A DNA stretch of 64,000 bases. Source: Plasmodiophora brassicae. Taxonomy: Eukaryota. The DNA lies in NCBI GenBank assembly GCA_036867785.1, contig CP145419.1, positions 1,054,001 through 1,118,000 of the forward strand. The letters run 5' to 3'. The notes beneath the pieces were generated by a model. It was not told the origin of the DNA. It did no database searches and saw nothing but the letters and a program-made list of their open reading frames with translations. Below are positions 57,230 through 64,000 of the stretch, one piece after another (position 1 is the first letter of the stretch; each line of letters opens with the position of its first letter). A program made the position numbers and the translations under genes.

Positions 57230-60200
57230 CACTGGAAAAATAGGAGTGCCAAATTGATGCCCCTACCTTCCCCGAGTGCCGAGGAAAGTGCCGATTCCAG
57301 GAGCCAACAATAGGGAAGTGCCGATGTGGTGCAGGTGCATATCCTGGAGTGCCGAAATAGTGCCAACAGGTCCAACGCGCCAAAAAAGATTGTGACGTCA
57401 AGCCGCCGGAATGCCCCATTTTTTGCGCCAGTCGTTGACTTCCGATCGTCGTGTTCGATCTGTGGACGATCGTTGTACCTGTGTGTGAGACGCGACAACG
57501 GCACCAAACTCTAGCTCACCTCGCTTCGACGGCTTCGTCTGGATCTGGCTATCGTCCATCCGGTTGGATACCATGGAGGATGCTAACCCCATCATTCGTG
57601 CATTTCCACGAGAAGGCTTTCTTGCCGCCGATGCAAGAAACGACCCTATTCTGAACCCGCGCCATGGTGTCGGCATCCCTGACGAAATGGATCGTCCGAT
57701 CAGACAAACAATGGCTGTATCCTGGCTTCATGATGGTCCGCCGTTAATCGATTTCGACTTCACGGCCGGCTTATCAGACGACGTTGCAGGGATGTCTGCC
57801 GACCACATCCGGTCGGCGGAATTCCTTCGGAAGTACCGGAATGAGGTCGTCCTATCCGAGTTCCTAAAAGTCGAGATTCCGAAGCGCCTGGTTTCGTTGC
57901 AGGTGGATCCGTCCTCCATACGTGCGCTGGAGTGCTTGGATGAGTTTGCCCGCGGGCAGCATACGCAGGCGTCCCTGTGTCGCTCATTAGAACGACTAAG
58001 CAAGGATGACGTAAGGCGCCAGGCCGAGTATACGAAATTCGTAAGCACCGTGTCTGACGAACGTTAGCTGTGTCTCTAATTCTGGTAGTTTAAGGAATAC
58101 GCTGCCAGCAAGGGCTGTCCTGTGGACGACCTTGAAGAATGTTTAAACGCCGATCCTGTTCTTTCGCTGCAACGTTCTGGGGGCATCACCACTCTTGCCC
58201 AGCTACGCTCCTATCTGTCGGAGTCGGGCGTTTCGATACCGTCCCTCGAGTATCGCGTTTGCTGCAACGGTCACATGTGGCCAGCCTGCGACTCTCCACC
58301 GGACCAGGAGTGCTGCTCGAAGGCATCCGAACGTTTCTTCTACTTTTCCCGCATCCTATTTCTCCAATCGTTGTTTCGGTCGGCACACATGTCTGGCATC
58401 ATTCGGTCGGAAATCGACCGACATCGAAATATTCTCTTGGGAGTTCGTTCTTCCGACACCATTCGCGACTGGACAGACGGCCAGTATTTCAAAGATACGT
58501 ATGGTCCTTTCATGCTGGAGGCGCTGCGCTTCAACGAATACCCTCTTGCGGTGACGTCTGGCATTGACGGCGCCGACGTCTTGAGATGGGGATCGGAATC
58601 GGTTACTCCGCTCATTCAGATACTCTTGAGTCTGCCTCCTGAGGTCCGGTGTAACCTCGGCCTTATCCATGCAGTCGGTTTAATACCGCACATCGCGCGA
58701 GGTCATCGTGCAGCGTTTCTTCGCCTCGACACGTTCGAATTAAACCTGATGTTCCAACTCGGGTTCCCTGTGTTCGATGCGACAACTGGGACGGCAACTG
58801 CAAGGGCAGTTCTATCGTGTGCTGTACGTACTCCCTTCTCCATCTGCTCGTGTCATTTCTGCTTACATATATCCAATTTGTGACAGACATTAGATTACAA
58901 AGAGTTCAGCCTCACAACTCGTTGCTCCCAAGGCGGAAAGCTGGACGCCTGCAACCGGTGTCACGTTCAAGGCTATCATTTCGCGGCGAGCCACGCTACT
59001 GTGTTTCCAGGTCTTTGGCGATGGTCTTCTGAAGACGTCCGAGAGGCTGTAAGCCGCTATAATATTCACGATTTGCACGGCCGTCTAAGACTTTGTACTC
59101 AGATGAGCAGATCGTTTTTCACGTCGATGACCGAACTGGGAAGAAGTAAGTTCCCGGAAAGTCCAGACGACCGAGATCGCGATCGAACTAGACGGCAGGA
59201 ATGCCAGTTTCTCAAGGATGCTCAACCGAAACTGGATTCCGAGATGCGTCTGCGAATGACATCTGGTGATACCGGTGGGCATCGAGTCCCTGGCCATGAC
59301 ATTTATTCAGTCGGATTATTGAGCGGGTTCGGCCATGCTTCGCAGTACGTGCATGATCCCATGCATGCATTCTGTATGCGTGTTATCCCGCGTCTGGTCA
59401 AGTGCTTCGATTGGCATGGGAATGGCAAAGAATTGCTTTCTCCAGAGGTTTGATCGCAATTTGTTGTACTTCATCGTCAAACTCATTTGCGGATTAGATC
59501 GATCGTGCGTTTGGTCGCGTTGTTCCCGACGTTCCCGTGTTGACGATTCCCAACAATCGCCGTTTTCCAGCGACGACTTTGGCTTCGTCTGCTGCAAGGC
59601 AGATTGGTAGTGCGATAGAGTCGTTGGAGTGGCCCACCGGAAACTGTGACCGCCCGAAGAACCCGTACCAGTCTTCGATGAAATCTCACGATTGGCTGAT
59701 TTGGGCAAGTGATGTCGGAATCGCCATCTTTGCGGGTTTGATTGGCACGGCCCTGTTCAACAGTTCCGATTCTGCCCTATCCTGGGGAACTGTTTTCGCT
59801 TTCATGCACTCATCGATGATGATTCTGTCGAAGTCCTTCGACCGGTCGTCGTTCGACACTGTGGCGCAAACGTTCCTCGATGCGTGTGCCCGGCTGGAAA
59901 CTGTAATTCCTGGCAAGCTGTTGACGATATCGGTACGTGCCCCGATTATCAATGTCGTATCTGTACATTCATCGCCGCACTGTTGCCGTTCAGATGCATT
60001 CGATGATCCACCTTCCGGAAGTCATTCGCCAATGGGGCCCTCTTTCTGGTTTCGTATGGACCTATCCAATGGAACGGTGGATCAAGAGGATGAAGTCGAT
60101 CCTGACAGCCACGCAAGGCTTCACAATGAACATCGCCGGCAACGTTCAGCTGATCTCCGCGGCAGCGTTGCTGAGGCTAGACCTACACAGTATGTACATG

Positions 60201-62664
60201 TTCGACAACGACAACCCGTTTCTGTTCGGGTGCCCGGACTCGTTTCCGGCGTCGCTACCGATTGAATTCAAAGGCGAAATCAAGGCGTACGTGCTGAACA
60301 CTATGGAGCGAGCCTGGCTGCATGCGACACTGGTCGACGAGGAGCAGTGGCCCAGCTTACGCAACCATCCGTGGAGGCGCAAGTACGTGCAGCTTGTCGA
60401 GCAGTTCGAACGTTCGACTGGCGTTCAGATATCCTCGTATCACCACGTCAGGCGCCAGCTGTCAAACTTTGACGCTTTTTGTCAGACTGGGGACATTCAG
60501 CAGCAGTACCATGGTCTATGCCTTCCAAGTCGCCTGGATTGCTGCGATCGTCTTCTAGTCGGTACGTCTTTCGTAGGGCGGATGCTGCTGTTAATCGTAT
60601 TTAATCGTTGCAATTCTTAGGTGCGTGTCTCTTTCGAACACATGATGCTGATACCTCCTACCGGAAGTCGAGCAATCGTCACTTCTTGGCGAACTTCACT
60701 GACGACGGCCTGTACCTTGGAACAGCCGAAATGTTCTGCATGCTGGAGTTACCGTATTACGATGGTCATGGCCAATCTACCCTTTTCCCGATCATCCGCG
60801 TTTCCGCCTGGAAGAAGCTCAAGCGTGTTGGGGGATCTGTCGGCGGGAGACTGCCGCAGTTCATCAGAGGTTCGCATGCTCTTCGTGGATGTTTCTCATG
60901 TATTGATTTGTACATTTGTTCAGGCAATCCTATCCGTCCTGGCGATGACGAATCGCCCTGGGTTGCTGCCAATGAGATCGAAAGCAACAATGTCGTCCTT
61001 GTTGCCTGCCAAATTCCGTGTGGTGGCCGTCATGTACACGCTAAACTCGTCTGCGTAGTTCCTCGTGGCAACATGGCACCGAGCTGTCTATATTCTACAG
61101 TGCCCAACGAATAAAAACATTCTGCACGGCGCGTCTAACCTTCACAACCGTAGCGCCTGAGCGGGCGCCCCTTTCGCAGCGCCGCCCGCCGGCTCGGTAG
61201 TTCCCCACCAGGGCACCGTTTTCTTCCGTCCCGAGGGGCCCTCTCCACCACACGATTGTCGAATGGGGCCCGACGCTGTTCCTCCACCACCACTCACTGA
61301 CAAGGTGGCGCGCGATCCAAATTCCGATCCGGGCCCCGACACCGACGACGACTTGGCACCCGCATCCTCATTCTTCAAATGCCATCGGCAGCAGACGCAT
61401 CGGTATACGAACGGTTCGCAGCGCAAGGACCTCACCGGGCCCTGACGCCGGAGCGCAAGGTTCTGTGCGCTTGGTTTCCTGGTCTGTATGCCAGGTATTC
61501 GTTTGTGTGTGTCCGAAGTCAAGGACGTTAATTGCTCTCGTTTATCAGTGTGTACACGTCAGGCCATCGGGAGCGGAACTGTCCCACAAAGAACGCCGTC
61601 CTGCATCAGAGAATCCTGGCGGAGGCGGCGGTACAGCTGGGCTTGCCCGCTCAAGAGTGGACCATGGAAGACACCCGCCAGCGTATGTCGATTGTTTGGA
61701 ATTCCACTTTATATGCGTTTCTAATTTGCCGAAGTCATCAAGCAGTACAGGAGGGCGCTACACAGAAGGACGGGGCAGGTTCGTCGCAGGACCTCATCTC
61801 CTGCGAGTCCGGCGCGCAATGCCATCTTCCGTGACCTCTCACGTACTCGACCACGTCTGCCTCCGGCGTTTGATTTGATAACAGTCAGCTTGATGTGCAG
61901 TACGGAACGATAACCTATTCCAGTTCCTATTCCAGTTGAGGAACGAGTACATCCAAGCGGCGGAGGAACCCGTCTTCGCCAGCACCTCATTTTATTCTTT
62001 ATTCTCGGGCGCGATCAAGGCGGCGCTGCGGGACGCGGTACGTATTCGACGGTTCTGGCGACTCCATTACTTACAATGCGTTCGGATGCAGTCCCAGTAT
62101 CAAGTGCCTTCGCATCCGGCTGGCCCCAATGGTACGCAACGACAGCGTTTAACATCATGTGCCCTCATTGCGTTATGTATGAATATAGGCGGCCTTGCGG
62201 GCAGGGGCGGTGGAGGGTACAACCGTTGTTGTTCACATCCAGTTGACATGCAGGTTTTAGGCCCTGAGGATGTTCGTGGGTGGCGGACAATGAAGCTCTG
62301 CCACTTAGGCGATCCGGAAGGCATATTGGCGTCGTGGTTAACGGCGGATCGGCGCCCATCAAGAAACAGCTACCGTTCAATAAACCATTCGTTAATCTTA
62401 TTCTATTCTATTGTTAACGGCAATACCAAATACGATAGTGTCTCAGAATCTGGGGTACCATTCTATTCTATTACTGGACGGAGGAAAAATTCAATCGAGA
62501 TTTTTGGAGAATGCCCGTGGAGCGCATTTTTTGGGAAATCCGGTCCCGAAAACGGCACTTAATCGGCACTACCTAGTGCCGAATTGGTGCCGCTAAACGC
62601 CGAAAAGGTGCCGATTGGGTAATGAAGGGGACGGCACTAATTCGGCACTGATATTTTTCCAGTG
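57230..62664 (+). mobile_element. CACTA/EnSpm-superfamily DNA transposon with CACTG termini, 5435 bp
   Basis: TIRs CACTGGAAAAATAggAGTGCC / CACTGGAAAAATAtcAGTGCC, 3-bp TSD TGA (57227-57229 and 62665-62667), clustered subterminal AGTGCC(GA) repeats at both ends. Confidence 0.95.
57573..61114 (+). CDS. CACTA transposase (Tnp2/TnpD-like), 7 exons, apparently intact
   Basis: 'TIRDWTDGQYF', 'SGIDGA', 'LLSLPPEVR', 'TLDYKE...CNRC', 'HDPMHAF', 'MKSHDW', 'MHSMIHLPEVIRQWGPL..WTYPMERW'. All junctions splice in frame. Confidence 0.9.
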
Positions 62665-64000
62665 TGATCCCATGACGTCCATGAAAATCAGTGAAGCGGG
62701 TCCCAACGTTTTGAGTACCCGGTCCTCAGCTATAGAAGACCATGATCCAGATCATCTTCGTAACGTTCACCATGAACCGATACGGTGGCGTCGTCCGTGA
62801 TTAGGTCCCGACGCAACGTAGGAAGCGTATACGATTGTTGATTCCTACGAACCCACCAACCGTAAATCATGGATACCTTGCACCCATACCTAATGTTTTG
62901 TTCGTCGCTTCCGTTGCGCTTGTCGCTTCCCCGTATTCGTACGCTTTTGCATCGGCGCCATTTCTCGTAACGCCTCCGCTTGCGGATGATCATCTCCGAG
63001 ACGTCGTATAAGCTTCTGGACTAGTTCGGGAACATCTTCGTAGATGACACGAGCAGGTTCCCACGTTGCTTCCGCCTCGTCGAATCCAGACCATAGAACC
63101 TTGATCTGAAGTTCTTGCGTTTCTCGATCCACTCGACAGTCCAGTAGATCGTCCACCAACAGCTGGTTATCAGCGTGCTGGAGATGACGCTTGAGATCGA
63201 CGGTCATGTTCAGATCGGCGTCAGCGTATCGTCGAATTCGTTGTGAGTGTGCGTAGTGAGCGGGTCTTCCAGCTCGTACACTTGATCGTTGATCATCTTG
63301 ACGACTCGATATGGGCCTCGCCACTGGGCTATCAACTTCTGAGCAGGACCCGGTACCGGTTTTGCCTTGAGCACGTAGTCGCCAACGCTGAACGATTCGT
63401 AGTGGCTCTTGTTCAGGCGTCGTCGCTGTTGTCGCACATTAGACGCATGCCGTTGTGCCTTTGCTTCATCAACGGCCTTGTGAATCTCGTCGAGGACCTC
63501 TTGTAACGTCGGCACATACTTGGCGAATCCTTCAGGTGGTATGCGTCGCCATTGTCTCTCCTTCGGATCCCAGATCTGGTCGAGCGACGTAGTCGACTAA
63601 CTCCATGTCGGGACATTCCGTTGAGGCGTGCTTGATGCACCATTCGATTGCACGACGTTTCGATCTCGTGCACGTTGATTGGTCCCAGGTCGACTTCACT
63701 TGAAGATGGCTCAGCGGAGTCTGGTTCCTGAGGGGCTTGAAAGTAGTCGCTTCCAAGCGTTGCCATTCTAGCAGCAATGCGCCGCACAGTCTCGATTGAA
63801 TCGACGTCGACTGCCGCACATCCTGACAGCGTGTCCATCTCGGTACATCCTGATGCCATGATGTTCTCCAGCTGCTTATGCGGGTTGATGCCAAGCGCAG
63901 ATAGAAGATTGTCACCGAACAGGATCACTGGAATCGTGTCGCAGACGTAGTAGGTCACATGGTACAGCTTAAGGTTGCCAACCTCGGTCTCCAGAGTCGT

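Larger units (their letters stand above)
56516..64000 (-). mobile_element. Internally deleted chromodomain-containing Ty3/Gypsy LTR retrotransposon; 5' part outside the window; split by the CACTG insertion
   Basis: Protease tail 'VILFGDNLLSALGI', integrase GPY/F 'FSVGDYVL...KLIAQWRGPYRV', chromodomain 'IKVLWSGFDEAEATWEPARVIYEDVP'. RT, RNase H and integrase core are missing; frameshift near 63255. Confidence 0.85.

Noticed and set aside
1-64000. tRNA, rRNA or snoRNA genes
   Set aside because: None were recognisable by eye. A tRNAscan-SE/Infernal run would be needed to exclude them.

Overview
This is gene-dense, GC-rich eukaryotic nuclear DNA with many ~50-60 nt GT-AG introns and CTGAC/CTAAC branch points. 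The style and gene content fit a phytomyxid protist such as Plasmodiophora brassicae; that is an inference, not verified. Housekeeping genes include an EF-hand/WD40 protein, ArfGAP, SLX9-like, SMYD-type SET, fused NADH-glutamate synthase, a PHO80-like cyclin, an OTU deubiquitinase, PP2C, MRD1/RBM19, myotubularin and a DnaJ-X chaperone. They are interleaved with accessory material: (1) a ~5 kb block bracketed by a 254-bp direct repeat, holding a secreted SKP1/BTB-ankyrin gene, a GPI-anchored TolB-like propeller on a 66-bp tandem-repeat stalk and a ~220-bp-stem fold-back hairpin; (2) three deeply diverged paralogues of an unrecognised family with mitochondrial-type presequences; (3) a secreted F-box-like/ankyrin protein and a SAM-tailed receptor-like protein; (4) at the right end, a three-level transposon nest in which an apparently intact CACTG/EnSpm element sits inside an internally deleted chromodomain Gypsy element, which interrupts a putative tyrosine-recombinase-element ORF. 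A 12-bp tandem motif (TCCGTGGCGGAC) precedes both ribosome-biogenesis genes. Exon boundaries were inferred by eye and gene starts are approximate.
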